NCBI GenBank assembly: GCA_030390025.1
Contig: CM059432.1
Span: 29,452,001-29,516,000 of the forward strand
Reading direction: 5' to 3'
DNA length: 64,000 bases
DNA from: Squalus acanthias
Taxonomy: Eukaryota
Position 1 is the first letter of the stretch, and every line of letters begins with the position of its first letter. Position numbers and translations under genes: made by a program. Below are positions 34,301 through 49,300 of this stretch, in pieces. The notes under the pieces were generated by a model that saw nothing but the letters and a program-made list of their open reading frames with translations, was not told the DNA's origin and did no database searches.

Positions 34301-37300
34301 GTGTAACACAGTGCCAGCTCTCTATTATCCTCAGTGTAACACACTGCCAGCTCTCTATAATCCTCAGTGTAACACAGTGCCAGCTCTCTATTATCCTCAG
34401 TGTAACACACTGCCAGCTCTCTATAATCCTCAGTGTAACACAGTGCCAGCTCTCTATTATCCTCAGTGTAACATACTGCCAGCTCTCTATAATCCTCAGT
34501 GTAACACAGTGCCAGCTCTCTATTATCCTCAGTGTAACACACTGCCAGCTCTCTATTATCCTCAGTGTAACACACTGCCAGCTCTCTATTACCTTCAGTG
34601 TAACACACTGCCAGCTCTCTATTACCTTCAGTGTAACACACTGCCAGCTCTCTATTATCCTCAGTGTAACATACTGCCAGCTCTCTATTATCCTCAGTGC
34701 AACACACTGCCCGCTCTCTGTTATCCAGTGTAACACACTGCCAGCTCTCTATTATCCAGTGTAACACTCTGCCAGCTCTCGATTATCCTCAGTGTAACAC
34801 ACTGCCAGCTCTCTATTATCCTCAGTGTAACACACTGCCAGCTCTCTGTTATCCAGTGTAACACACTGCCAGCTCTCTATTATCCTCAGTGTAACACACT
34901 GCCAGCTCTCTATTACCTTCAGTGTAACACACTGCCAGCTCTCTATTACCTTCAGTGTAACACACTGCCAGCTCTCTATTATCCTCAGTGTAACATACTG
35001 CCAGCTCTCTATTATCCTCAGTGTAACACACTGCCCGCTCTCTGTTATCCAGTGTAACACACTGCCAGCTCTCTATTATCCAGTGTAACACTCTGCCAGC
35101 TCTCGATTATCCTCAGTGTAACACACTGCCAGCTCTCTATTATCCTCAGTGTAACACACTGCCAGCTCTCTATTATCCAGTGTAACACACTGCCAGCTCT
35201 CTATTATCCTCAGTGTAATACACTGCCAGCTCTCTATTATCCTCAGTGTAACACACTGCCAGCTCTCTATTATCCTCAGTGTAACACACTGTCAGCTCTC
35301 TATTATCCAGTGTAACACACTGCCAGCTCTCTATTATCCTCAGTCTAACACACTGCCAGCTCTCTATTATCCTCAGTGTAACACACTGCCAGCTCTCTAT
35401 TATCCAGTGTAACACACTGCCAGCTCTCTATTATCCTCAGTGTAACACACTGCCAGCTCTCTATTATCCTCAGTGTAACATACTGCCAGCTCTCTATTAT
35501 CCTCAGTGTAACACACTGCCAGCTCTCTATTATCCAGTGTAACACACTGCCAGCTCTCTATTATCCTCAGTGTAACACACTGCCAGCTCTCTATTATCCT
35601 CAGTGTAACATACTGCCAGCTCTCTATTATCCTCAGGGTAACACACTGCCAGCTCTCTATTATCCTCAGTGTAACACACTGCCAGCTCACTATTATTCAG
35701 TGTAACACACTGTCAGCTCTCTATTATCCTCAGTGTAACAAACTGCCAGCTCACTATTATTCAGTGTAACACACTGCCAGCTCTTAATTATCCTCAGTGT
35801 AACACACTGACAGCTCTCTGTTATCCAGTGTATCACACTGCCAGCTCTCTATTATCCTCAGTGTAACACACTGCCTGCTCTCTCTTATCCTCAGTGTAAC
35901 ACACTGCCAGCTGTCTATTATCCTCATTGTAAAACACTGCCAGCTCTCTATTATCCTCAGTGTAACACACTGCCAGCTCTTAATTATATTCAGTGCAACA
36001 CACTGCCAGCTCTCTATTATCCTCAGTGTAACACACTGTCAGCTCTCTATTATCCTCAGTGTAACACACTGCCAGCTCTTAATAATCCTCAGTGTAACAC
36101 ACTGCCAGCTCTCTATTATCCTCAGTTTAACACACTGCCAGCTCACTATTATCCTCAATGTAACACACTGTCAGCTCTCTATTAACCTCAGTGTAACAAA
36201 CTGCCAGGTCACTATTATCCAGTGTTACACACTGCCAGCTCTTAATTATCCTCAGTGTAACACACTGCCAGCTCTCTATTATCCTCAGTGTAACACACTG
36301 TCAGCTCTCTGTTATCCTCAGTGTAACACACTGCCAGCTCTCTATTAGCCTCAGTGTAACACACTGCCAGCTCTCTATTATCCTCAGTGTAACACACTGC
36401 CAGCTCTCTATTATCCTCAGTGTAACACACTTTCAGCTCTCTGTTATCCAGTGTAACATACTGCCAGCTCTCTATTACATTCAGTGTAACACACTGCCAG
36501 CTCTCTATTATCCTCAGTGTCACACACTGCCAGCTGTCTATTATCCTCAGTGTAACACCCTGCCAGCTGTCTATTATCCTCAGTGTAATACACTGCCTGC
36601 TCTCTATTATCCTCAGTGCAACACCCTGCCATCTCTCTATTATCCAGTGTAAAACACTGCCAGCTCTCTATTATCCTCAGTGCAACACACTGCCAGCTCT
36701 CTATTGTCCTCAGTGTAACACACTGTCTGCTCTCTATTATCCTCAGTTTAACACACTGCCAGCTCTCTATTACCCTCAGTTTAACACACTGTCAGCTCTC
36801 TATTATCCTCAGTGTAACAAACTGCCAGGTCACTATTATCCAGTGTTACACACTGCCAGCTCTTAATTATCCTCAGTGTAACACACTGCCAGCTCTCTAT
36901 TATCCTCAGTGTAACACACTGTCAGCTCTCTGTTATCCTCAGTGTAACACACTGCCAGCTCTCTATTATCCTCAGTTTAACACACTGTCAGCTCTCTATT
37001 ATCCTCAGTGTAACACACTGCCAGCTCTTAATTATCCTCAGTGTAACACACTGCCAGCTCTCTATTATCCTCAGTGTAACACACTGCCAGCTCTCTATTA
37101 TCCTCAGTGTAACACACTGTCAGCTCTCTGTTATCCTCAGTGTAACACACTTTCAGCTCTCTGTTATCCAGTGTAACACACTGTCTGCTCTCTATTATCC
37201 TCAGTTTAACACACTGCCAGCTCTCTATTATCCTCAGTTTAACACACTGTCAGCTCTCTATTATCCTAAGTGTAACACACTGCCAGCTCTCTATTATCCA

Positions 37301-40300
37301 GTGTAACACACTGCCAGCTCTCTATTATCCTCAGTGTAACACACTGCCAGCTCTCTATTATCCAGTGGAACATATTGCCAGTTCTCTATTATCCTCAGTG
37401 TAACACACTGCCAGCTCTCTATTATCCTCAGTGTAACACACTGCCAGCTCTCTATTATCCTCAGTGTAACACACTGCCAACTCTCTATTACATTCAGTGT
37501 AACAAACTGCCAGCACCCTATTACCTTCAGTGTAACAAACTGCCAGCTCTCTATTATCCTCAGTGTAACACGCTGCCAGCTCTCTATTATCCTCAGTGTA
37601 ACACACTGCCAGCTCTCTATTACCCTCAGTGTAACACACTGCCAGCTCTGTATTATCCTCAGTGTAACACACTGCCATCTCTCTATTTTCCAGTCTAACA
37701 TACTGCCAGCTCTCTCTCATCCAGTGTAACAAACTGCCAGCACTCTATTATCCTCAGTGTAACACACTGCCAGCTCTCTATTATCCAGTGTAACACACTG
37801 CCAGCTCTCTATTATCCTCAGTGTAACACACTGCCAGCTCTCTATTATACTCAGTGTAACACACTGTCAGCTCTCTATTATCCTCAGTGTAACACACTGC
37901 CAGCTCTCTATTATCCAGTGTAACACACTGTCAGCTCTCTATTATCCTCAGTGTAACACACTGCCAGCTCTGTGTTATCCTCAGTGTAACACACTGCCAA
38001 CTGTCTATTATCCTCAGTGTAACACACTGCCAGCTGTCTATTATCCTCAGTGTAACACACTGCCACCTCTCTATTATCGTCAGTGTAACACACTGCCAGC
38101 TGTCTATTATCTTCAGTGTAATACACTGCCAGCTGTCTATTATCCTCAGTGTAACACACTGCCAGCTCTCTATCATCCAGTATAACACACTGCCAGCTCT
38201 GTATTATCCTCAGTGTAACACACTGCCAGCTCTATATTATCCTCAGTGTAACACACTGCCAGCTCTCTATTATCCTCAGTGTAACACACTGCCAGCTCTC
38301 TATTATCCTCAGTGAAACGCACTGCCAGCTCTCTATTATCCTCAGTGTAACACACTGCCAGCTCTCTATTATCCGCAGTGTAACACACTGCAAGCTCTCT
38401 ATTATCTCCAGTGCAACACACTGCCAGCTCTCTATTATCCTCAGTGTAACACACTGCCAGCTCTCTATTATCCTCAGTGTAACACACTGCCAGCTCTCTA
38501 TTATCCTCAGTGTAACACACTGCCAGCTCTCTATTATCCTCAGTGTAACACACTGCCAGCTCTCTATTCTCCTCAGTGTAACACACAGCCAGCTCTCTAT
38601 TATCCAGTGTAACACAGTGCCAGCTCATTATTATCCTCAGTGTAACACACTGCCAGCTCTCTATAATCCGCAGTGTAACACTCTGCCAGCTCTCTATTAT
38701 CCTCAGTGTAACACACTGCCAGCTCTCTATTATCCTCAGTATAACACACTGCCAGCTCTCTATTACCTTCAGTGTAACACACTGCCAGCTCTCTCTTATC
38801 CTCAGTGTAACACACTGCCAGCTGTCTATTATCCTCAGTGTAACACACTGCCAGCTCTCTATTATCCTCAGTGTAACACACTGCCAGCTCTTAATAATCC
38901 TCAGTGTAACACACTGCCAGCTCTCTATTATCCTCAGTTTAACACACTGCCAGCTCACTATTATCCTCAATATAACACATTGTCAGCTCTCTATTATCCT
39001 CAGTGTAACAAACTGCCAGGTCACTATTATCCAGTGTTACACAATGCCAGCTCTTAATTATCCTCAGTGTAACACACTGCCAGCTCTCTATTATCCTCAG
39101 TGTAACACACTGTCAGCTCTCTGTTATCCTCAGTGTAACACACTGCCAGCTCTCTATTATCCTCAGTGTAACACACTGCCAGCTCTCTATTATCCTCAGT
39201 GTAACACACTTTCAGCTCTCTGTTATCCAGTGTAACATACTGCCAGCTCTCTATTACATTCAGTGTAACACACTGCCAGCTCTCTATTATCCTCAGTGTC
39301 ACACACTGCCAGCTGTCTATTATCCTCAGTGTAACACCCTGCCAGCTGTCTATTATCCTCAGTGTAATACACTGCCTGCTCTCTATTATCCTCAGTGCAA
39401 CACCCTGCCATCTCTCTATTATCCAGTGTAAAACACTGCCAGCTCTCCATTATCCTCAGTGCAACACACTGCCAGCTCTCTATTGTCCTCAGTGTAACAC
39501 ACTGTCTGCTCTCTATTATCATCAGTTTAACACACTGCCAGCTCTCTATTATCCTCAGTTTAACACACTGTCAGCTCTCTATTATCCTCAGTGTAACAAA
39601 CTACAAGGTCACTATTATCCAGTGTTACACACTGCCAGCTCTTAATTATCCTCAGTGTAACACACTGCCAGCTCTCTATTATCCTCAGTGTAACATACTG
39701 CCAGCTCTCTATTATCCTCAGTGTAACACACTGCCAGCTCTCTATTATCCTCAGTGAAACGCACTGCCAGCTCTCTATTATCCTCAGTGTAACACACTGC
39801 CAGCTCTCTATTATCCGCAGTGTAACACACTGCAAGCTCTCTATTATCTCCAGTGCAACACACTGCCAGCTCTCTATTATCCTCAGTGTAACACACTGCC
39901 AGCTCTCTATTATCCTCAGTGTAACACACTGCCAGCTCTCTATTATCCTCAGTGTAACACACTGCCAGCTCTCTATTATCCTCAGTGTAACACACTGCCA
40001 GCTCTCTATTCTCCTCAGTGTAACACACAGCCAGCTCTCTATTATCCAGTGTAACACAGTGCCAGCTCATTATTATCCTCAGTGTAACACACTGCCAGCT
40101 CTCTATAATCCGCAGTGTAACACTCTGCCAGCTCTCTATTATCCTCAGTGTAACACACTGCCAGCTCTCTATTATCCTCAGTATAACACACTGCCAGCTC
40201 TCTATTACCTTCAGTGTAACACACTGCCAGCTCTCTCTTATCCTCAGTGTAACACACTGCCAGCTGTCTATTATCCTCAGTGTAACACACTGCCAGCTCT

Positions 40301-43300
40301 CTATTATCCTCAGTGTAACACACTGCCAGCTCTTAATAATCCTCAGTGTAACACACTGCCAGCTCTCTATTATCCTCAGTTTAACACACTGCCAGCTCAC
40401 TATTATCCTCAATATAACACATTGTCAGCTCTCTATTATCCTCAGTGTAACAAACTGCCAGGTCACTATTATCCAGTGTTACACAATGCCAGCTCTTAAT
40501 TATCCTCAGTGTAACACACTGCCAGCTCTCTATTATCCTCAGTGTAACACACTGTCAGCTCTCTGTTATCCTCAGTGTAACACACTGCCAGCTCTCTATT
40601 ATCCTCAGTGTAACACACTGCCAGCTCTCTATTATCCTCAGTGTAACACACTTTCAGCTCTCTGTTATCCAGTGTAACATACTGCCAGCTCTCTATTACA
40701 TTCAGTGTAACACACTGCCAGCTCTCTATTATCCTCAGTGTCACACACTGCCAGCTGTCTATTATCCTCAGTGTAACACCCTGCCAGCTGTCTATTATCC
40801 TCAGTGTAATACACTGCCTGCTCTCTATTATCCTCAGTGCAACACCCTGCCATCTCTCTATTATCCAGTGTAAAACACTGCCAGCTCTCCATTATCCTCA
40901 GTGCAACACACTGCCAGCTCTCTATTGTCCTCAGTGTAACACACTGTCTGCTCTCTATTATCATCAGTTTAACACACTGCCAGCTCTCTATTATCCTCAG
41001 TTTAACACACTGTCAGCTCTCTATTATCCTCAGTGTAACAAACTACAAGGTCACTATTATCCAGTGTTACACACTGCCAGCTCTTAATTATCCTCAGTGT
41101 AACACACTGCCAGCTCTCTATTATCCTCAGTGTAACACACTGTCAGCTCTCTGTTATCCTCAGTGTAACACACTGCCAGCTCTCTATTATCCTCAGTGTA
41201 ACACACTGCCAGCTCTTAATTATCCTCAGTGTAACACACTGCCAGCTCTCTATTATCCTCAGTGTAACACACTGCCAGCTCTCTATTATCCTCAGTGTAA
41301 CACACTGTCAGCTCTCTGTTATCCTCAGTGTAACACACTTTCAGCTCTCTGTTATCCAGTGTAACATACTGCCAGCTCTCTATTATCCTCAGTTTAACAC
41401 ACTGCCAGCTCTTAATTATCCTCAGTGTAACACACTGCCAGCTCTCTATTATCCTCAGTGTAACACACTGTCAGCTCTCTGTTATCCTCAGTGTAACACA
41501 CTGCCAGCTCTCTATTAGCCTCAGTGTAACACACTGCCAGCTCTCTATTATCCTCAGTGTAACACACTGCCAGCTCTCTATTATCCTCAGTGTAACACAC
41601 TTTCAGCTCTCTGTTATCCAGTGTAACGTACTGCCAGCTCTCTATTATCCTCAGTGTAACACACTGCCAGCTCTCTATTATCCTCAGTGTAACACACTGC
41701 CAGCTTTCTATTATCCTCAGTGTAACATACTGCCAGCTCTCTATTACATTCAGTGTAACACACTGCCAGCTCTCTATTATCCTCAGTGTCACACACTGCC
41801 AGCTGTCTATTATCCTGAGTGTAACACCCTGCCAGCTGTCTATTATCCTCAGTGTAATACACTGCCTGCTCTCTATTATCCTCAGTGCAACACCCTGCCA
41901 TCTCTCTATTATCCAGTGTAAAACACTGCCAGCTCTCTATTATCCTCAGTGCAACACACTGCCAGCTCTCTATTATCCTCAGTGTAACACACTGTCTGCT
42001 CTCTATTATCCTCAGTTTAACACAATGCCAGCTCTCTATTATCCTCAGTGTAACACATTGCCAGCTCACTATTATCCTCAGTGTAACACACTGCCAGCTC
42101 TCTATTATCCTCAGTGTAACACACTGCCAGCTCTCTATTATCCTCAGTGTAACACACTGCCAGCTCTCTATTATCCAGTGTAACACACTGCCAGCTCTCT
42201 ATTATCCTCAGTGTAACACACTGCCAGCTCTCTATGATCCTCAGTGTAACACGCTGCCAGCTCTCTATTATCCAGCGTAACACACTGCCAGCTCTCTATT
42301 ATCCTCAGTGTAACACACTGCCAGCTCTCCATTATCCTCAGTGTAACACACCGCCAGTCCTCTATTATCCTCAGTGTAACACACTGCCAGCTCTCTATCA
42401 TCCAGTGTAACACACTGCCAGCTCTCTATTATCCTCAGTGTAACACACCGCCAGCCCTCTATTATCCTCAGTGTAACACACCGCCAGTCTTCTATTATCC
42501 TCAGTGTAACACACTGCCAGCTCTCTATTATCCTCAGTGTAACACACCGCCAGCCCTCTATTATCCTCAGTGTAACACACTGCCAGCTCTCTATTATCCT
42601 CAGTGTAAAACACTGCCAGCTCTCTATTATCCTCAGTGTAACACACTGCCAGCTCTTAATTATCCTCAGTGTAACACACTGCCAGCTCTCTATTATCCTC
42701 AGTGTAACACACTGCCAGCTCTCTATTATCCTCAGTGTAACACACTGTCAGCTCTCTGTTATCCTCAGTGTAACACACTTTCAGCTCTCTGTTATCCAGT
42801 GTAACATACTGCCAGCTCTCTATTATCCTCAGTTTAACACACTGCCAGCTCTTAATTATCCTCAGTGTAACACACTGCCAGCTCTCTATTATCCTCAGTG
42901 TAACACACTGTCAGCTCTCTGTTATCCTCAGTGTAACACACTGCCAGCTCTCTATTAGCCTCAGTGTAACACACTGCCAGCTCTCTATTATCCTCAGTGT
43001 AACACACTGCCAGCTCTCTATTATCCTCAGTGTAACACACTTTCAGCTCTCTGTTATCCAGTGTAACGTACTGCCAGCTCTCTATTATCCTCAGTGTAAC
43101 ACACTGCCAGCTCTCTATTATCCTCAGTGTAACACACTGCCAGCTTTCTATTATCCTCAGTGTAACATACTGCCAGCTCTCTATTACATTCAGTGTAACA
43201 CACTGCCAGCTCTCTATTATCCTCAGTGTCACACACTGCCAGCTGTCTATTATCCTGAGTGTAACACCCTGCCAGCTGTCTATTATCCTCAGTGTAATAC

Positions 43301-46300
43301 ACTGCCTGCTCTCTATTATCCTCAGTGCAACACCCTGCCATCTCTCTATTATCCAGTGTAAAACACTGCCAGCTCTCTATTATCCTCAGTGCAACACACT
43401 GCCAGCTCTCTATTATCCTCAGTGTAACACACTGTCTGCTCTCTATTATCCTCAGTTTAACACAATGCCAGCTCTCTATTATCCTCAGTGTAACACATTG
43501 CCAGCTCACTATTATCCTCAGTGTAACACACTGCCAGCTCTCTATTATCCTCAGTGTAACACACTGCCAGCTCTCTATTATCCTCAGTGTAACACACTGC
43601 CAGCTCTCTATTATCCAGTGTAACACACTGCCAGCTCTCTATTATCCTCAGTGTAACACACTGCCAGCTCTCTATGATCCTCAGTGTAACACGCTGCCAG
43701 CTCTCTATTATCCAGCGTAACACACTGCCAGCTCTCTATTATCCTCAGTGTAACACACTGCCAGCTCTCCATTATCCTCAGTGTAACACACCGCCAGTCC
43801 TCTATTATCCTCAGTGTAACACACTGCCAGCTCTCTATTATCCAGTGTAACACACTGCCAGCTCTCTATTATCCTCAGTGTAACACACCGCCAGCCCTCT
43901 ATTATCCTCAGTGTAACACACCGCCAGTCTTCTATTATCCTCAGTGTAACACACTGCCAGCTCTCTATTATCCTCAGTGTAACACACCGCCAGCCCTCTA
44001 TTATCCTCAGTGTAACACACTGCCAGCTCTCTATTATCCTCAGTGTAAAACACTGCCAGCTCTCTATTATCCTCAGTGTAACACACTGCCAGCTTTCTAT
44101 TATCCTCAGTGTAACACACTGCCAGCTGTCTATTATCCTCAGTGCAATACACTGCCAGCTCTCTATTATCCTCAGTGCAACACCCTGCCAGCTCTCTATT
44201 ATCCAGTGTAAAACACTGTCAGCTCTCTATTATCCTCAGTGTAACACACTGTCAGCTCTCTATTATCCTCAGTGTAACACACTGCCAGCCCTCTGTTATC
44301 CACAGTGCAACAAACTGCAAGCTCACTATTATCCAGTGTAACACACTGCCACCTCTCTATTTTCCTCAGTGTAACACACTGCCAGCTCTCTATTATCCTC
44401 AGTGTAACACACAGCCAGCTCTCTATTATCCTCAGTGTAACACATTGCCAGCTCTCTATTATCCAGTGTAACACACTGCCAGCTCTCTATTATCCAGTGT
44501 AACACACTGCCAGCTCTCTATTATCCAGTGTAAAACACTGCCAGCTCTCTATTATCCTCAGTGTAACACACTGCCAGCTGTCTATTATCCTCAGTGTAAC
44601 ACACTGCCAGCTCTCTATTATCCGCAGTGTAACACACTGCCAGCTCTCTATTATCCTCAGTGTAACACATTGCCAGCTCTCTATTATCCTCAGTGTAACA
44701 CACTGCCAGCTCTCTATTATCCAGTGCAACACACTGTCAGCTCTCTATAATCCTCAGTGTAACACACTGCCAGCTCTATATTATCCTCAGTGTAACACAC
44801 TGCAAGCTCTCTATTACCTTCAGTGTAACACACTGCCAGCTCTCTATTACCTTCAGTGTAACACACTGCCAGCTCTCTATTATCCTCAGAGTAACACACT
44901 GCCAGCTCTCTATTATCCTCAGTGTAACACACTGCCAGCTCTCTATTACCTTCAGTGTAACACACTGCCAGCTCTCTATTATCCTCAGAGTAACACACTG
45001 CCAGCTCTCTATTATCCAGTGTAACACACTGCCAGCTCTCTATTATCCTCAGTGTAACACACTGCCAGCTCTCTATTATCCTCAGTGTAACACATTGCCA
45101 GCTTTCTATTATCCTCAGTGTAACACACTGCCAGCTGTCGATTATCCTCAGTGTAACACACTGCCAGCTGTCTATTATCCTCAGTGTAACACATTGCCAG
45201 CTTTCCATTATCCTCAGTGTAACACACTGCCAGCTCTCTATTATCCAGTGTAACACACTGCCAGCTCTCTATTATCCAGTGTAACACACTGCCAGCTCTC
45301 TATTATCCAGTGTAAAACACTGCCAGCTCTCTATTATCCTCAGTGTAACACACTGCCAGCTGTCTATTATCCTCAGTGTAACACACTGCCAGCTCTCTAT
45401 TATCCGCAGTGTAACACACTGCCAGCTCTCTATTATACTCAGTGTAACACACTGCCAGCTCTCTATTATCCTCAATGTAACACACTGCCAGCTCTCTATT
45501 ATCCTCAGTGTAACACACTGCCAGCTCTCTAATATAAAGTGTAACACACTACCAGCACTCTATTATCCAGTGTAACACACTGCCAGCTCTCTATTATCCT
45601 CAGTGTAACACACTGTCAGCTCTCTATTATCCTCAGTGTAACACAGTGCCAGCTCTCTATTATTCTCAGTGTAACACACTGCCAGCTCTCTATTATCCAG
45701 TGTAACACACTGACAGCTCTCTATTATCCTCAGTGTAACACACTGCCAGCTCTCTTTTATCCTCAGTGTAACACACTGCCAGCTCTCTATTATACTCAGT
45801 GTAACACACTGCCAGCTCTCTATTATCCTCAATGTAACACACTGCCAGCTCTCCATTATCCTCAGTGTAACACACTGCCAGCTCTCTATTATCCAGTGTA
45901 ACACACTGCCAGCTCTCTATTATCCTCAATGTAACACACTGCCAGCTCTCCATTATCCTCAGTGTAACACACTGCCAGCACTCTATTATCCAGTGTAACA
46001 CACTGCCAGCTCTCTATTATCCTCAGTGCAACACACTGGCTGCTCTCTATTATCCTCAGTGTAACACACTGCCAGCTCTCTATTATCCAGTGTAACACAC
46101 TGCCAGCTCTCTATTATCCTCAGTGTAACACACTGCCAGCTCTCTATTATCCAGTGTAACACACTGCCAGCTCGCTATTATCCAGTGTAACACACTGACA
46201 GCTCTCTATTATCCTCAGTGTAACACACTGCCAGCTCTCTTTTATCCTCAGTGTAACACACTGCCAGCTCTCTATTATACTCAATGTAACACACTGCCAG

Positions 46301-49300
46301 CTCTCCATTATCCTCAGTGTAACACACTGCCAGCTCTCTATTATCCAGTGTAACACACTGCCAGCTCTCTATTATCCTCAATGTAACACACTGCCAGCTC
46401 TCCATTATCCTCAGTGTAACACACTGCCAGCGCTCTATTATCCAGTGTAACACACTGCCAGCTCTCTATTATCCTCAGTGTAACACACTGGCTGCTCTCT
46501 ATTATCCTCAGTGTAACACACTGCCAGCTCTCTATTATCCAGTGTAACACACTGCCAGCTCTCTATTATCCTCAGTGTAACACAGTGCCAGCTGTCTATT
46601 ATCCTGAGTGTAACACCCTGCCAGCTGTCTATTATCCTCAGTGTAATACACTGCCAGCTCTCTATTATCCTCAGTGCAACACCCTGCCAGCTCTCTATTA
46701 TCCAGTGTAAAACACTGCCAGCTCTCTATTATCCTCAGTGCAACACACTGGCAGCTCTCTATTATCCTCAGTGTAACACACTGTCTGCTCTCTATTAACC
46801 TCAGTTTAACACACTGCCAGCTCTCTATTATCCTCAGTGTAACACATTGCCAGCTCATTATTATCCTCAGTGTAACACACTGCCAGCTCTCTATTATCCT
46901 CAGTGTAAAACACTGCCAGCTCTCTATTATCCTCAGTATAACACAGTGCCAGCTCTCTATTATCCAGTGTAACACACTGCCAGCTCTCTATTATCCTCAG
47001 TGAAACACACTGCCAGCTCTCTATTATCCTCAGTGTAACACACCGCCAGTCCTCTACTATCCTCAGTGTAACACACTGCCAGCTCTCTATTATCCTCAGT
47101 GTAACACACCGCCAGCCCTCTATTATCCTCAGTGTAACACACTTCCAGCTCTCTATTATCCTCAGTGTAACACACTGCCAGCTCTCTATTATCCTCAGTG
47201 TAACACACCGCCAGCCCTCTATTATCCTCAGTGTAACACACTGCCAGCTCTCTATTATCCTCAGTGTAACACACTGCCAGCTCTCTATTATCCTCAGTGT
47301 AACATACTGCCAGCTCTCTATTATCCTCAGTGTAACACACTGCCAGCTTTCTATTATCCTCAGTGTAACATACTGCCAGCTCTCTATTACATTCAGTGTA
47401 ACACACTGCCAGCTCATAGAAACATAGAAACATAGAAAATAGGTACAGGAGTAGACCATTCGGTCCTTCGAGCCTGCACCGCCATTCAATGCGTTCATGG
47501 CTGAACATGTTACCTCAGTACCCCATTCCTGCTTTCTCGCCATACCCCTTGATCCCTTTAGTTGTGAGTGTTATATCTAACTCCCTTTTGAATATATTTA
47601 GTGAACTGGCCTCAACAACCTTCTGTAGAAGAGAATTCCATAGATTCACCACTCTCTGGGTGAAGAAGTTCCTCCTCAGCTCAGTCCTAAATGGCTTCCC
47701 CTTAATCCTCAGACTGTGACCCCTGGTTCTAGTTTTCCCTACCATTGGGAACATTCTGCCCGCATCTAATTTGTCTAAACCAGTCAGGATTTTAAATGTC
47801 CCTATAAGATCCCCCCTCATTCTTCTGAACTCCAGAGGATACAAGTTCAGTTGACCCAATCTTTCTTGATATGTCAGTCCGGCCATCCCAGGAATCAATC
47901 TAGTGAACCTTCGCTGCACTCCCTCAATAGCAAGAATGTCCTTCCTTAAGTTAGGAGACCAAAACTGCGCACAATACTCCAGCTGTGGCTCTCTATTATC
48001 CTCAGTGCAACACCCTGCCAGCTCTCTATTATCCAGTGTAAAACACTGCCTGCTCTCTATTATCCTCAGTGCAACACACTGCCAGCTCTCTATTATCCTC
48101 AGTGTAACACACTGTCTGCTCTCTATTATCCTCAGTTTAACACACTGCCAGCTCTCTATTATCCTCAGTGTAACACATTGCCAGCTCACTATTATCCTCA
48201 GTGTAACACACTGCCAGCTCTCTATTATCCTCAGTGTAACACACTGCCAGCTCTCTATTATCCTCAGTGTAACACACTGCCAGCTCTCTATTATCCTCAG
48301 TGTAACACACCGCCAGTCCTCTATTATCCTTAGTGTAACACACTGCCAGCTCTCTACTATCCTCAGTGTAACACACCGCCAGCCCTCTATTATCCTCAGT
48401 GTAACACACTGCCAGCTCTCTATTATCCTCAGTGTAACACACTGCCAGCTCTCTATTATCCTCAGTGTAACACACCGCCAGCCGTCTATTATCCTCAGTG
48501 TAACACACTGCCAGCTCTCTATTATCCTCAGTGTAACACACTGCCAGCTCTCTATTATCCTCAGTGTAACACACCGCCAGTCCTCTATTATCCTTAGTGT
48601 AACACACTGCCAGCTCTCTATTATCCTCAGTGTAACACACCGCCAGCCCTCTATTATCCTCAGTGTAACACACTGCCAGCTCTCTATTATCCTCAGTGTA
48701 ACACACTGCCAGCTCTCTATTATCCTCAGTGTAACACACCGCCAGCCGTCTATTATCCTCAGTGTAACACACTGCCAGCTCTCTATTATCCTCAGTGTAA
48801 CACACTGCCAGCTCTCTATTATCCTCAGTGTAACACACTGCCAGCTCTCTGTTATCCTCAGTGTAACACACTGTCAGCTCTCTATTATCCTCAGTGTAAC
48901 ACACTGCCAGCCCTCTGTTATCCACAGTGTAACAAACTGCAAGCTCACGATTATCCAGTGTAACACACAGCCAGCTCTCTATTATCCTCAGTGTTACACA
49001 CTGCCAGCTCTCTATTATCCTCAGTGTTACACACTGCCAGCTCTCTGTTATCCAGTATAACATACTGCCACCTCTCTATTATCCTCAGTGTAACACACTG
49101 CCAGCTCTCTATTATCCTCAGTGTAACACACTGCCAGCTCTCTATTATCCTCAGTGTAACACATTGCCAGCTCTCTATTATCCTCAGTGTAACACACTGC
49201 CAGCTCTCTATTATCCAGTGCAACACACTGTCAGCTCTCTATTATCCTCAGTGTAACACACTGCCAGCTCTATATTATCCTCAGTGTAACACACTGCAAG

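Noticed and set aside
31860..34520. CACAGTG (RSS heptamer) in some monomer variants
   Set aside because: It arises from a single T>G change, there is no ACAAAAACC nonamer at 12/23 spacing, and no Ig/TCR segments are present.
47515..49060. Satellite-CR1 chimeric ORFs (224 aa minus, 385 aa plus)
   Set aside because: Accidental in-frame junctions of a stop-poor satellite with a CR1 fragment.
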